From: Chthonomonas calidirosea
Lineage (GTDB): Bacteria > Armatimonadota > Fimbriimonadia > Fimbriimonadales > Fimbriimonadaceae
NCBI GenBank assembly: GCA_945859975.1
Contig: CAMAPH010000006.1
Coordinates: 1-64,000, forward strand
Reading direction: 5' to 3'
Length of the DNA: 64,000 nt
Shown here: piece by piece, positions 9,669 through 19,814 of the stretch
Position numbering within the stretch: position 1 is the first letter of the stretch
Layout of the letters: every line of letters starts with the position of its first letter
The notes under the pieces: generated by a model
Databases searched by the model: none
What the model saw: only the letters and a program-made list of their open reading frames with translations
What the model was told of the DNA's origin: nothing
Translations under genes and position numbers: made by a program

Positions 9669-10898
9669 ATGGCCGGGCTTAAAAAGGCAGCTGCCTATTC
9701 ACTCCTTGGCTATGCAGTTTGGGCAGCCTGCAACTTCCTCAATTTCAACCTGGTAACTCGGCTGGACCAGTCAAACTCAGCGGGACTGCTCGCACTCATG
9801 ACCGCAATCAGTACTCCTGCGACCGACTTGGGATTGCTCAGCCTGCGGGGAGTGCTGAACACGGACGCTAGGTCTGAATTTGAGTACGGCGTGTTTATGT
9901 CCTTGCGATTGCTTGGCATGCTCTGCGCAAGCCTAGCCTGCCTGGTCATCGCGATGGTCCAGTACAACCAGCCAGGATTGTTGGCTGCCTTCGGTTTACT
10001 CACGGCCCGACTCACCGTTGAGTCCGTTTCCGACATCCTGTTTGGCATCCTTCAGAAGAACCATAGAATGCCCCAGGTAGGTCTATCGATGACCTTCCGC
10101 GGCATTCTAGGCACGAGCGTTTTTGCCGCCGTGTTCTATCAAACCCGCGACCTCGTTCCGGCGCTTATCGCGCACCTCGTCTGCTCGACGATCATCCTTG
10201 CCGCGTACGACCTTCCAAATGCACTCAAAGTCGTTTCGCTTTCTGACATAAAGCCCGAGTGGGACTTCACGCGAATGCGGCAGTTGCTCGTTCTTGTGCT
10301 ACCACTGGCCGCTAACGTTGCCCTTGGAAGCTTTATCACCCAAATGAGCCGCTATGGACTCAACATCACGGATATCGCCATCTACACCGCGATGTACTTC
10401 TTTGTGCTCATCGGTAGCACCGTAGTTGTTGCCGTAAGTCAATCGACCTCAACTGCCCTTGGCGAGGCCGTGGCCGACAGGAACGGCCAGCGATTTGTCT
10501 TCCTAACCTCTCGCTTGCTTTTGCTTGCCACTGCCTTTGGAGCAGCCGGACTATTTGCCGGACAATTTTTCGGGCAACCCCTGATTTCGACCATCTTTCG
10601 CCCCGAATACGCGACTCAACAGCAAGCGTTCATGATCATCCTGCTTGGTGGGGCGTTCTCGTACTACAACAATGTTTTCGGATACGCGCTCACCGCGATG
10701 CGGGAATTGAAAGTCCAGTTTCCAATTAAGCTGGTTGCCTTCGTGGTCGGATTGGCCTGTCTCTTAACCCTGGTACCGCGGCTTGGAATCAACGGTGCGG
10801 CGATTGCTTACGCCGCGAGTTCTGGAATCCAAACCGTGCTCTCGGCGATTGTTTTCCTGCGGGCCAGTCGGCAGCTCTCTCCGGAGGTGGCAGCGTGA
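9669..10898 (+). CDS. Wzx-like oligosaccharide flippase
   Basis: About 12 hydrophobic segments, GINGAAIA motif near C-terminus, EPS context. Confidence 0.75.
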   Translation: MAGLKKAAAYSLLGYAVWAACNFLNFNLVTRLDQSNSAGLLALMTAISTPATDLGLLSLRGVLNTDARSEFEYGVFMSLRLLGMLCASLACLVIAMVQYNQPGLLAAFGLLTARLTVESVSDILFGILQKNHRMPQVGLSMTFRGILGTSVFAAVFYQTRDLVPALIAHLVCSTIILAAYDLPNALKVVSLSDIKPEWDFTRMRQLLVLVLPLAANVALGSFITQMSRYGLNITDIAIYTAMYFFVLIGSTVVVAVSQSTSTALGEAVADRNGQRFVFLTSRLLLLATAFGAAGLFAGQFFGQPLISTIFRPEYATQQQAFMIILLGGAFSYYNNVFGYALTAMRELKVQFPIKLVAFVVGLACLLTLVPRLGINGAAIAYAASSGIQTVLSAIVFLRASRQLSPEVAA

Positions 10899-11989
10899 GT
10901 CGACCGATTGCGTTCTTTTTGCCCAACCTAGAAGGGGGCGGAGCAGAACGGTCTGTTTTGCAAGTCGCTTCGGCGCTACTAGATCGCGGCCATCCGGTTG
11001 AGCTTGTCCTTGCAAACAAAGTGGGTCCTTACGTTGAACATATCCCGGCGAATATGCCGGTCTATGACTTCGGAAAAGAGAACACGATCAAGTCACTTCC
11101 GAGCCTGAGAAAGTATCTAGCCACAAACAAACCGCGTTGCGTTTTAGGAGCGCTTGAGAAGGCGAATGTAACGTTACAGCTGGCGACAATGACGCTCGCC
11201 CGCAAGCCCAAAGTGATTGTGTCCATCCGAAACTCCCTTGGCGAGGAGAACTCGGTGCTCACCGGCCGAAAAGATCGGCTGCTGCTCAAGCTTGCCAAGT
11301 TCCTGTATCCGAAGGCAAGTGGAATCCACGCCGTTTCGAAAGGCGTTGCGACACAGACCGCTCAGTTCTTGAACATCCCGCTTGACCGAATCACGGTCAT
11401 TTACAACCCGGTGATAAACGAGGGCCTTCTGGCTGCTGCACAGGAACCAGAAACCGATCCTTGGCTCCAGCCCGCGAACGAAACGATCGTCGCGGCTGGA
11501 CGATTGAATCACCAAAAGGACTTCAGCACGCTATTGAGGGCTTTCCAACGGGTCAAGCAAGGCGGGCACCCAGCAAAGCTGATCATCTTTGGGGAGGGCG
11601 AACTTCGGACGCAATTGGAGACCGAAGTGTATGAACTTGGGCTGGATGAAGATGTACGCCTTCCGGGCTTCGCCCAAAATCCTTTCCCTCATTTTCGAGC
11701 GGCTCGAATGTTCGTCCTTTCGTCTCGATATGAAGGGCTGCCGGGAGTTCTCATCCAGGCTATGGCTTGCGGTGCGCCGGTCGTCGCCACAAACTGCCCG
11801 AGCGGGCCGGAGGAAATTTTGGAGCAAGGCGAACTAGGTGAGTTGGTGCCCGTGGGCGATCACGCCAAACTTGCCGCCGCAATCCAGCGAGAATTGGATC
11901 GCACCCGCCAATCCATCCCTCTCTCTCGCTTAACTTCATTCACGCAGGACACGGTGATATCCAAGTACGAGGAGCTTCTGTGCCAATAA
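10895..11989 (+). CDS. GT4 glycosyltransferase
   Basis: GGGAER, IYNPV, AGRL..QKDF, SRYEGLPGVLIQAM (Q where EX7E has its second E). Confidence 0.9.
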   Translation: MSRPIAFFLPNLEGGGAERSVLQVASALLDRGHPVELVLANKVGPYVEHIPANMPVYDFGKENTIKSLPSLRKYLATNKPRCVLGALEKANVTLQLATMTLARKPKVIVSIRNSLGEENSVLTGRKDRLLLKLAKFLYPKASGIHAVSKGVATQTAQFLNIPLDRITVIYNPVINEGLLAAAQEPETDPWLQPANETIVAAGRLNHQKDFSTLLRAFQRVKQGGHPAKLIIFGEGELRTQLETEVYELGLDEDVRLPGFAQNPFPHFRAARMFVLSSRYEGLPGVLIQAMACGAPVVATNCPSGPEEILEQGELGELVPVGDHAKLAAAIQRELDRTRQSIPLSRLTSFTQDTVISKYEELLCQ

Positions 11990-13092
11990 GCACTCAACCG
12001 ATCGCGCTGTTCACCCAGAACTTGGAAGTCGGCGGCGCCGAGCGCGTGATGCTCAACCTTGCGACTGCCCTGGCCGATCTCGGGCACCGGGTGGATCTCG
12101 TCCTTGCCTCGGCTCAGGGCGAGTTCTTGAACTCCGTTCCTGCCAACGTGCGCGTGATCGACCTCGGCGTGGCGACGCCGATCCGAGCTGGGAAGGCCCT
12201 GCAAGCGTACTACCGCAAGGAGAATCCGCTCATCACGATTAGCGCTCTCAATCAGCCGAACGTCGTAGCCATCCTCGCGCAGAAACGGTCCAAGGTCAAG
12301 GCCATCGCGACGATTCACACCAGCCTAAGTCAGGAAGCGAAGAACGCAAACTCCTTGCGGCTCCGAATCATGCCGTACATCGTGAAGGCCCTTTACGCAA
12401 AAGCGGATGCCCTCGTGGCCGTATCAGAAGGTGTCGCTCAAGATGCTTGCGAGTTCCTTGGAATGGATCGATCCAAGATCCGGCTTATCTTCAACCCAAT
12501 TGTCTCCCCCGAGTCGCTCAAGCGTGCTGCCGAACCAGCGACTCATCCTTGGTTAACGCAGAAAAGTGGGCCTGTCGTTGTTGCCGCTGGTCGGCTTATG
12601 CCCCCAAAGGATTTCGCCCTCCTGCTGAGCGCTTTCAGCAAATTGCCCAAGAGCCTGAACTCGAGACTGATCATTTTTGGCGAGGGCGATCTTCGTACCG
12701 AACTGACTCAACAGATTGCCAGCCTCGGATTGCAGGAATCGATTTCCCTTCCCGGTTTCAGCAAAAACGTGCTCGCTGAAATCTCAAAAGCGGACCTCTT
12801 TGTGCTCTCAAGTAAATGGGAAGGGCTGCCATCCGTCCTTATTGAGGCGTTAGGTTGCGGCGTTCCCGTTGTTTCCACCGACTGCAAGAGTGGCCCACGA
12901 GAGATCCTGCAAGGCGGTAAATTCGGTCCCCTCGTTCCCGTGGGTGACGCCGACCAGCTTGCGAAAGCAATCGAGCGCCAGCTGGGCCCAGACCCCATCC
13001 GGGCCACCAGCGAAGCATGGGAACCGTTCACCTTTGCCGCCGCCGCTCAGCAGTACCTTGATCTTGTGGAGGAATGCCTTGCCCGAAAGTAA
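11980..13092 (+). CDS. GT4 glycosyltransferase
   Basis: GGAER, FNPIV, AGRL, SKWEGLPSVLIEAL. Confidence 0.9.
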   Translation: MPISTQPIALFTQNLEVGGAERVMLNLATALADLGHRVDLVLASAQGEFLNSVPANVRVIDLGVATPIRAGKALQAYYRKENPLITISALNQPNVVAILAQKRSKVKAIATIHTSLSQEAKNANSLRLRIMPYIVKALYAKADALVAVSEGVAQDACEFLGMDRSKIRLIFNPIVSPESLKRAAEPATHPWLTQKSGPVVVAAGRLMPPKDFALLLSAFSKLPKSLNSRLIIFGEGDLRTELTQQIASLGLQESISLPGFSKNVLAEISKADLFVLSSKWEGLPSVLIEALGCGVPVVSTDCKSGPREILQGGKFGPLVPVGDADQLAKAIERQLGPDPIRATSEAWEPFTFAAAAQQYLDLVEECLARK

Positions 13093-14149
13093 ACCGAGAG
13101 TTGCATTCCTGCTACCACGCCTTGGCGGAGGTGGAGCAGAGCGAATTATCCTTAACCTGTCCGAAGCCTTCGCGTCTCGTGACTATCAGGTTGACCTCAT
13201 CACCCAAGTGTCCGGAGGCGAAATGGAGCATCAGGTACCAAACCGCATCCGGACCGTCACCCTAGGACACCAAAGTACGCTTCAAGCCCTGATCCCGCTC
13301 TTGCGATACGCCCTCAGCCAGAAACCGGTCGCGATCTTGAGTGCTTTAGATAGCGTGAACCTGGCGAATGTGATGGCGGGAAGACTCCTCCGTCGAACAA
13401 GAACGGTCATCAGCATTCACACCTTTGTAAGTGCGGCGTACGCAGAACTAGATGAAACAAAGAGAAAAAGGCTAGCGCTGATGCGGAAGTGGTATCCAAA
13501 GGCCGACCGGGTAGTTTGTGTCTCGAAGGACGGCATGAGTGATGCGGGCCAGTTTCTTGGCATCCCATCTGACAAGATGCGGACCATCTACAACCCCGTA
13601 GTCTCCAAGCGCTTCTTTGATCTTGCCGATCAACCGATCACCCAAGATCAGCGGCCGTATGCAATTTTTGTTGGCCGTCTGACCGAGACCAAGCAGGTCG
13701 TCGAATTTATTGAGACGATGCCCACGGAGCCCCAAAACGTTGTCATTCTCGGTGAGGGTCCTACGAAGGCGAAGATTCAAGAAGCAATCGCGAATCGCGG
13801 ATTTCGATCGAAGATCACGCTCGTAGGATTCAAGGACAATCCGTACCCTTGGATCAAAGCGGCCCAAGTGCTCATCCTTCCTTCGCGATTGGAAGGACTG
13901 CCAACCGTACTCGTTGAGGCGCTGGCCCTAGGCACTCCGGTAATCAGCTTTGACTGCAAGAGCGGCCCACGCGAAATCTTGGCGGACGGTGAGTACGGCG
14001 ATCTAATTGCGCAAAACGACTGGGCGGCATTCCACCAAGCCCTAAATCGCCGAATGTCCGAGCCTAAACCAGAAGTCAGTCCGGCCGCTTGGGAGCCGTT
14101 TTTGGAAGATCGAGCTTTTGAAGCCTATCGAGAGGTACTTCTCCAATGA
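13079..14149 (+). CDS. GT4 glycosyltransferase
   Basis: Probable TTG start at 13079; GGGGAER, IYNPVV, SRLEGLPTVLVEAL. Confidence 0.88.
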   Translation: MPESKPRVAFLLPRLGGGGAERIILNLSEAFASRDYQVDLITQVSGGEMEHQVPNRIRTVTLGHQSTLQALIPLLRYALSQKPVAILSALDSVNLANVMAGRLLRRTRTVISIHTFVSAAYAELDETKRKRLALMRKWYPKADRVVCVSKDGMSDAGQFLGIPSDKMRTIYNPVVSKRFFDLADQPITQDQRPYAIFVGRLTETKQVVEFIETMPTEPQNVVILGEGPTKAKIQEAIANRGFRSKITLVGFKDNPYPWIKAAQVLILPSRLEGLPTVLVEALALGTPVISFDCKSGPREILADGEYGDLIAQNDWAAFHQALNRRMSEPKPEVSPAAWEPFLEDRAFEAYREVLLQ

Positions 14150-15417
14150 CCCGACCGGTATTGCTCTATTCGGGTGCGCTGTTCATCATTGTCGCGCTGA
14201 GCTTGAACATGAATGGCACCCTGCTCAGCTTCATGGTGCGCCTGTCGCTGAGCCTTTTTGCTTTCAGCTGGATCCTAGATCGGTTTCCGAGGTTCCGAGT
14301 CCGCCCCGTACCAGCGACCGTCGGATTACTCAGTTTGTTCGTGACCATTCTGTACGCGTCCAGTTTATGGGCTGTCGAACCGACCGACGCAATTTTGTAC
14401 GCGTTCCGGTTCCTTTTGTGCCTCGTCGCGGTTTTCCTTATCTACGACAGCTTTAGGTCGTGGAAGGAGATTCAGATTGCGCTACAGGCATACGTCGTTG
14501 GGCTGTACGCGGTCTTCATCCAGATTTTCATTACTTACCTTCAGGGGCGCCCTCAGCTGTCCGATGGTCGCTATGGTGCAGAAGGAATCCACCCCAACCA
14601 CGCGGCCGTTATGCTTGGTTCCGGGCTGGCGGTTGCCTGGTTGCTTGCGGTTGGTGAGAAGCCCCTCAACATGTTCTGGCGAGTTCTCAACTTCTCGTAT
14701 GTCCTTGCCGCCCTTTACGGCGTCATGCTCACTGGATCACGCGGTGGCTTTATTGCCTGTGTTCCAAGCCTCATCGTTATTGCCATCCATCTGTTTCGGA
14801 AGCCCGGGTCTGCGATTATCACGGCCGGGATCATCTTGGCGGCGCTTCCGGGGCTACTCGCAAACCCTTCGGTTCAAAAGAACATCGAGCGAATCGGCTC
14901 AATCTCAGAAAGCGCAAGTGCCGATGGATTCACGGGTCGAGGCGACCGGTGGAAGGCTGCAATCGAAATCTTCAAAGACAATCCGATCATAGGAGTCGGC
15001 GCTGGAGGATATCGACCTGCCACGCGAGACTACGGAACCTATGCGATTCACTCGGAAACGGGCGAGCCCTTAGGAGCGCACAGTAGCTACCTCCAATTCG
15101 CTTCGGAGCTCGGAATCGTTGGCCTCTCAATCTTCATTGGGCTGCTCTTCTCGATATTCTTGAACTATCGAACGCTCTTGCCTGGATATCGGCTGGCCTT
15201 TATGACCGGCTTACTTTCGCTGGCGAACGCAATGATTAGCGAGATGATTGAAGCCCGATACTTCACGTGGATTTTCATCGGCATTGGGCTATCGGTTGCA
15301 AAGATCTCCCAACTCGAACGCGCTGCCGCTTACGAGAGGGCTTCGGAGTACGCGGAAAGCGTTCCTTCGACCATTCGGTCCAGCGAGAATCTCGAGCCTG
15401 CCACAACCGCTTCTTGA
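14146..15417 (+). CDS. O-antigen ligase / Wzy polymerase family membrane protein
   Basis: Multi-TM; HPN, LTGSRGG, R..RW, PIIGVGAG, AHSSYLQ..SELGIVG (Wzy_C-like). Confidence 0.85.
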   Translation: MTRPVLLYSGALFIIVALSLNMNGTLLSFMVRLSLSLFAFSWILDRFPRFRVRPVPATVGLLSLFVTILYASSLWAVEPTDAILYAFRFLLCLVAVFLIYDSFRSWKEIQIALQAYVVGLYAVFIQIFITYLQGRPQLSDGRYGAEGIHPNHAAVMLGSGLAVAWLLAVGEKPLNMFWRVLNFSYVLAALYGVMLTGSRGGFIACVPSLIVIAIHLFRKPGSAIITAGIILAALPGLLANPSVQKNIERIGSISESASADGFTGRGDRWKAAIEIFKDNPIIGVGAGGYRPATRDYGTYAIHSETGEPLGAHSSYLQFASELGIVGLSIFIGLLFSIFLNYRTLLPGYRLAFMTGLLSLANAMISEMIEARYFTWIFIGIGLSVAKISQLERAAAYERASEYAESVPSTIRSSENLEPATTAS

Positions 15418-16433
15418 CCCAACCGGTTTCGAAGGTCTGGGTTCTCTGCGATCTGCCGAAGGGCGCTTCCTAAACCTTCAGCATCGCCAGCGGGCCGCAC
15501 GAACCCGTCGCGACCGTCCGTCACGATTTCTCGAGCTGCCCCAACGTCGGTTGTCACAATCGGCTGCCCGAGGCTTTGGGCTTCAATAAGCACGTACGGC
15601 AGGCTCTCTGCGTCGCTGGACATCAAATGAACGTCCATTCCGCCCAGTAGGGGCTCCGCGTTCACGCCTCCAAGCAAGGTAACCGGCAGATCACCCATCA
15701 CCGAATCAACTTCCCCCTGCAAGGAACCGGATCCAACCATGACAAGCCTCGCGTCCAGCCCGCGGAGCTTCTCAAACGCCCGCACCGCCAACGCAGGATT
15801 CTTTGGAGGATCAAACCGACCCACAAAGCCGATAACTAACGTCTCCGGCCCAACTCCCCATTCCGCCCGGACCGTTGCCCGGTCGAGACATTTCAAGGGC
15901 GCGATGCCGTTGTAAACCACCCGAATCTTGTCCGACCCGATTCCCAAGGTCTTGCCGTGCTCGGCCTCAAACTTACTTACACAGATAATTCGAGCCGTGC
16001 GACGCGCCAGAAATCGCTCCATCTGGCCGTAAACCACCCGGGCTCGGTCGCCAACGTAAGGCATCATCGTCACGAAAGAGTGCGGAGTAAACACCGCCGG
16101 GCGAGACCGGGACGCGGCGAGTCGCGCATAAAATCCGCCGGTGGTCGCTTGTCCATGAATGATCGATCCCGGCGGTGCGGCTGCTCGAATTTCTCGAATC
16201 CACTTGAGGTCAGTCACCGTGGGCTTCTGCGCGATATCCATCGCCCGGCACGTCACCCCTTGGGCTTCAAGCTGACTCACAATGCCTCTAAATCGAGCAT
16301 CGATTCGACGCGTTCCGTAGAACAAAGTCAGACCAAAACCGCGACGCGCGAGTTCTAGCGCCAAGTCGCCCGTATGACGACCACATCCCCCCGAAGTTGC
16401 TTCTACGACAAGAACAACATGTTCCGGGGTCAC
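15330..16433 (-). CDS. GT4 glycosyltransferase
   Basis: VYNGI, FVGRF..PKNP, SDAESLPYVLIEA. Confidence 0.88.
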   Translation of the reverse strand: MTPEHVVLVVEATSGGCGRHTGDLALELARRGFGLTLFYGTRRIDARFRGIVSQLEAQGVTCRAMDIAQKPTVTDLKWIREIRAAAPPGSIIHGQATTGGFYARLAASRSRPAVFTPHSFVTMMPYVGDRARVVYGQMERFLARRTARIICVSKFEAEHGKTLGIGSDKIRVVYNGIAPLKCLDRATVRAEWGVGPETLVIGFVGRFDPPKNPALAVRAFEKLRGLDARLVMVGSGSLQGEVDSVMGDLPVTLLGGVNAEPLLGGMDVHLMSSDAESLPYVLIEAQSLGQPIVTTDVGAAREIVTDGRDGFVRPAGDAEGLGSALRQIAENPDLRNRLGQEAVVAGSRFSLDRMVEGTLSAYSEALS

Positions 16434-17113
16434 TGCGCCCCTTCTTTCTTAAGGATGGCAAGGAACGTCATTACCAAAATCTTGATGTCGTTTCGAATGC
16501 TCGCCGTGACGTAATACTGTTCGTCCAAGGCAACTCGCTCTTCGTAAGAAGTTTCGCTTCGGCCACTACACTGCCAAAGCCCTGCGCAACCTGGCTTCAT
16601 CGAAAGATAAATTTCCTTCTTATCGCCATACATTTCGAGCTCTTTCTCAATAATAGGGCGTGGACCAACGATACTCATCTCGCCGCGCAAAACATTAATG
16701 AGCTGCGGAAGCTCATCCAAACTTGTCTTGCGGATGAATTTTCCAATCGGCAAAATGCGGGGGTCGTTCTTAAGCTTAAAGTTCGTTTTAAACTCTTCGT
16801 AAAGCACGGGATCGCGCTTCAGAACTTCTTCGGCATTCTTCACCATGCTTCGGAATTTCAGCATGGAGAACATGACGCCATTCTCGCCAAGCCGCCGCTG
16901 ACGAAACAGAACCGGGAACCCGTCAGCGGCAGCAATGCAAAGAGTCAGAACCAAGAAAACCGGAGAGAACAGGATCAGAGCGCCGAGAGAAACAACAATG
17001 TCAACGACCCGCTTCAGGGCACGGTACGACTGATAACCGTATTTTCCACGTCGAACAAGATTCGACGCAAAGGGCGGTAATGTCTGGCCGGCTTTTTCGG
17101 GTTCGCTGCTCAT
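16430..17113 (-). CDS. Priming sugar transferase (polyprenyl-phosphate sugar phosphotransferase)
   Basis: KRVVDI, KFRSM, DPRI..IGKFIRKTSLDELPQLINVLRGEMSIVGPRP. Confidence 0.92.
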   Translation of the reverse strand: MSSEPEKAGQTLPPFASNLVRRGKYGYQSYRALKRVVDIVVSLGALILFSPVFLVLTLCIAAADGFPVLFRQRRLGENGVMFSMLKFRSMVKNAEEVLKRDPVLYEEFKTNFKLKNDPRILPIGKFIRKTSLDELPQLINVLRGEMSIVGPRPIIEKELEMYGDKKEIYLSMKPGCAGLWQCSGRSETSYEERVALDEQYYVTASIRNDIKILVMTFLAILKKEGAQ

Positions 17114-17114
17114 G

Positions 17115-18941
17115 TCACTCGACGGTCACCGATTTAGCAAGGTTGCGCGGCTGATCGATCGAGCATCCTTTGGCATTCGCAATGTGATAAGCCAGAAGCT
17201 GCATCGGGATCACCGAAAGCAATGCATTCAAGAAATCAAACCGCGTTGGCTGGAACTCGAGCGTGTGATCGCTCGCCTTCCGAATCGCTCCGGATGTGTC
17301 CGAAGTTATCGAAAGTACGGTTCCTGCTCGCGCCTGGATTTCCTTAATGTTGGAGACAACCTTGTCAACCGTGCTAGGATCGGTCGCACCAAAGATCGCG
17401 CCGACTCCTGCTTCCACAAGGGCAAGTGGGCCGTGCTTCATCTCGCCTGCTGGCGATTCTTGGGTTGGAATGTAGGCGATCTCTTTGAGCTTCAAAGCGC
17501 CTTCATAACCCACGTAAGCATCTGCCCCTCGACCGAGGAAGAAACATAGCGGCATGTTCTTTAGTTGCTCTGCAAGCTTAACCGTTTCTGGCTCCAATGT
17601 CAGTACCGTTTGTGCGTGATCCGAAAGGAGTCGAAGCTCTTCAACCCAGTCCGCAACGCGCAGACCTGGCGTTTCTTGCACCTGGGCAATGTGGAGCGCA
17701 AGCAGAGAAAGCACCAGCACCTGAGCGGTATACGCCTTGGTTGAGGCAACAGAAATTTCTGGACCAGCCTGGGTGAAGATCGTCCGGTCGCACTCGCGGG
17801 CAATGCTCGATCCAACGACGTTTACGATTCCCAGCGTTCGAATGCGTCGCGACTTGCACAACCGCAGGGCCGCAAGCGTGTCCGCCGTCTCGCCGCTCTG
17901 GCTCACAAAAACGGCCAATGACTTCGGCGACAAAACCGGATCTCCGTAGCGGAATTCGCTGGAGAAATAAACATCGGTCGGCAGGCGAAGCAACTTCTCG
18001 AACAAGTGCTTGCCCATCAGGCCAGCGTGGAATGCCGTACCGCAGGCGATGATGTTTACGCGGTCAATCTCGTTCCAAACCGTGTCGGAAAAAATGTTCT
18101 CGAGGAAGACACGATCTTCCGTAAGTCGTCCGGCCAAGCATTGCCGAATCACCTGGGGCTGCTCGTGGATCTCTTTGAGCATAAAGTGCTCATAGCCGCC
18201 GCGCTCTGCCGCAGCTACGTCCCACTCAATGATCTGCGGACGAACCGGAACGTCCCGACCATCGCCGTCAACAATCCGCAGGGAGTCCTTCTTCAGCTCC
18301 GCAAGGTGCCCCTCTTCCATCGCGACCACCTGGCGGGTGTATGGCAACAAAGCCGGAATGTCGCTCGCGAGCAAATTCTCGCCCTGACCGAGCCCCAGCA
18401 CCAGCGGGCTCGCATTTCGGACCGCAACAATCGTGCCGATCTCGGACTTGCTCATGACCACGAAAGCGTAGGCCCCGCGGAATCGCCGTACCGCATGACG
18501 AACAGCCTCAAGCAACGTTCCGCCCTTTCGGTACTCCTCACCAATTACGTGCGCGGCAACTTCGGTGTCGGTCTGGCTGAGGAAGGTGTGGCCCTTCTGC
18601 ATGAGCTCTTCTTTAAGCTCAAGGTAGTTCTCGATAATGCCGTTGTGAACCAGCACGACGTCCTGCTCACCATCAAAATGTGGGTGCGCGTTTAGGTCCG
18701 TCGGTCCGCCGTGGGTGGCCCATCGGCTGTGGCCAATCGCGCAGGTTCCGGTGATCGGATGAAGCTCGAGCTCCTTGGCCAGCATGTTCAAAGTGCCTGC
18801 CTTCTTGACCAAGTCGATTCGGCCATCCACCTGGACCGCAATGCCCGCGCTGTCGTATCCTCGATACTCCAGTCGCTTCAGCTGATCGTAAGCAACCTCA
18901 ACCCCGTTTCGCTCTCCCACGTAACCGGCAATCCCGCACAT
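17115..18941 (-). CDS. glmS: Glutamine--fructose-6-phosphate aminotransferase
   Basis: MCGIAG start, LEYRGYDSAG, HSRWATHG, SQSGETADT, PRNLAKSVTVE C-terminus. Confidence 0.97.
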   Translation of the reverse strand: MCGIAGYVGERNGVEVAYDQLKRLEYRGYDSAGIAVQVDGRIDLVKKAGTLNMLAKELELHPITGTCAIGHSRWATHGGPTDLNAHPHFDGEQDVVLVHNGIIENYLELKEELMQKGHTFLSQTDTEVAAHVIGEEYRKGGTLLEAVRHAVRRFRGAYAFVVMSKSEIGTIVAVRNASPLVLGLGQGENLLASDIPALLPYTRQVVAMEEGHLAELKKDSLRIVDGDGRDVPVRPQIIEWDVAAAERGGYEHFMLKEIHEQPQVIRQCLAGRLTEDRVFLENIFSDTVWNEIDRVNIIACGTAFHAGLMGKHLFEKLLRLPTDVYFSSEFRYGDPVLSPKSLAVFVSQSGETADTLAALRLCKSRRIRTLGIVNVVGSSIARECDRTIFTQAGPEISVASTKAYTAQVLVLSLLALHIAQVQETPGLRVADWVEELRLLSDHAQTVLTLEPETVKLAEQLKNMPLCFFLGRGADAYVGYEGALKLKEIAYIPTQESPAGEMKHGPLALVEAGVGAIFGATDPSTVDKVVSNIKEIQARAGTVLSITSDTSGAIRKASDHTLEFQPTRFDFLNALLSVIPMQLLAYHIANAKGCSIDQPRNLAKSVTVE

Positions 18942-18969
18942 AACGCCGTAACTATAGCTCACGAGCGCC

Positions 18970-19779
18970 CTAGGCCAAATCTAAGATGGTCAGCTCGGGC
19001 GGGGCGAACACCCGCAGATTGACCCCGGTCATGCCAATTCCTCGGCTAACGTACATCGCCGCGTCCCCTTGTCGAAACTCGCCATGGACATACTTCCGGC
19101 CCCCTTTAGGCAAGTGAATGGGCACTCCGGGTGCCCAACAAACCTGGCCTCCGTGGGTGTGTCCGCTCAGGGCCAGGCCGTAACTTCCACCCACACTCGG
19201 AACAAAGTCCGGCTCGTGAACCAGCAGCAGCGTGTTGCTGTCACCTCGTTGTTCCAGTAAGTTCATCTGGGGCTCGCCAAAGAGCATGTCATCGATCCCG
19301 GCAATCTGAATCCCTTGGAACGTCACCACTCGGTTGACCAGCAGAGTCATTCCCAACTGCGCGAACGTGGCCGTCAGGTGCTCGGTCGCTTGGAGCGAAT
19401 AGTCGTGATTTCCGAGCATGCCAAAAACTGGAATGCCCGCATCAAAAAGGAGCCTCAGCCGGTCGGTCGTAACCCGCTCCTTCCACTCTTCCCTTCCTCG
19501 CGAGCAATAGTCGCCGCCTAGCATGATGAGGTCGGGCTTCTCGGCCAGCGCCATCGCGATGCTGCGGTCGGCACGAGTGACAGCCGCCGCGTTGTCCAGA
19601 TGCCAGTCGGTGAGAAACACTAATCGCAGGCCCTTCAGGTCCGCTCCCGGCACTTCGATTCGACGACGCGTCACTGAGATTGCATCGCTCTCCAAACTGC
19701 CCCAGACCCCGACCGCGGAGGCAGCCGCGAGCGTTCCGCCCGCAATAAACTCTCTCCGGGTTAACCGACGTCGCACCAC
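18970..19779 (-). CDS. Metallophosphoesterase with twin-arginine-like leader
   Basis: TRREFI leader; TDWH, GGDY, GNHD, HEPD, SGHTHGGQ; GTG start at 19779 or 19776 after AGGAG. Confidence 0.85.
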   Translation of the reverse strand: MVRRRLTRREFIAGGTLAAASAVGVWGSLESDAISVTRRRIEVPGADLKGLRLVFLTDWHLDNAAAVTRADRSIAMALAEKPDLIMLGGDYCSRGREEWKERVTTDRLRLLFDAGIPVFGMLGNHDYSLQATEHLTATFAQLGMTLLVNRVVTFQGIQIAGIDDMLFGEPQMNLLEQRGDSNTLLLVHEPDFVPSVGGSYGLALSGHTHGGQVCWAPGVPIHLPKGGRKYVHGEFRQGDAAMYVSRGIGMTGVNLRVFAPPELTILDLA

Positions 19780-19814
19780 TCCTGTAGTGTACGGCCCGCA
19801 GGTAGCATCACCGC

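Noticed and set aside
15330..15417. Convergent 3' overlaps (also 473-513 and 27403-27440)
   Set aside because: Short tail-to-tail overlaps in low-constraint C-termini are common in compact genomes.
18942..18969. glmS ribozyme
   Set aside because: Only ~28 nt separate glmS from the upstream gene, too little for the ribozyme.
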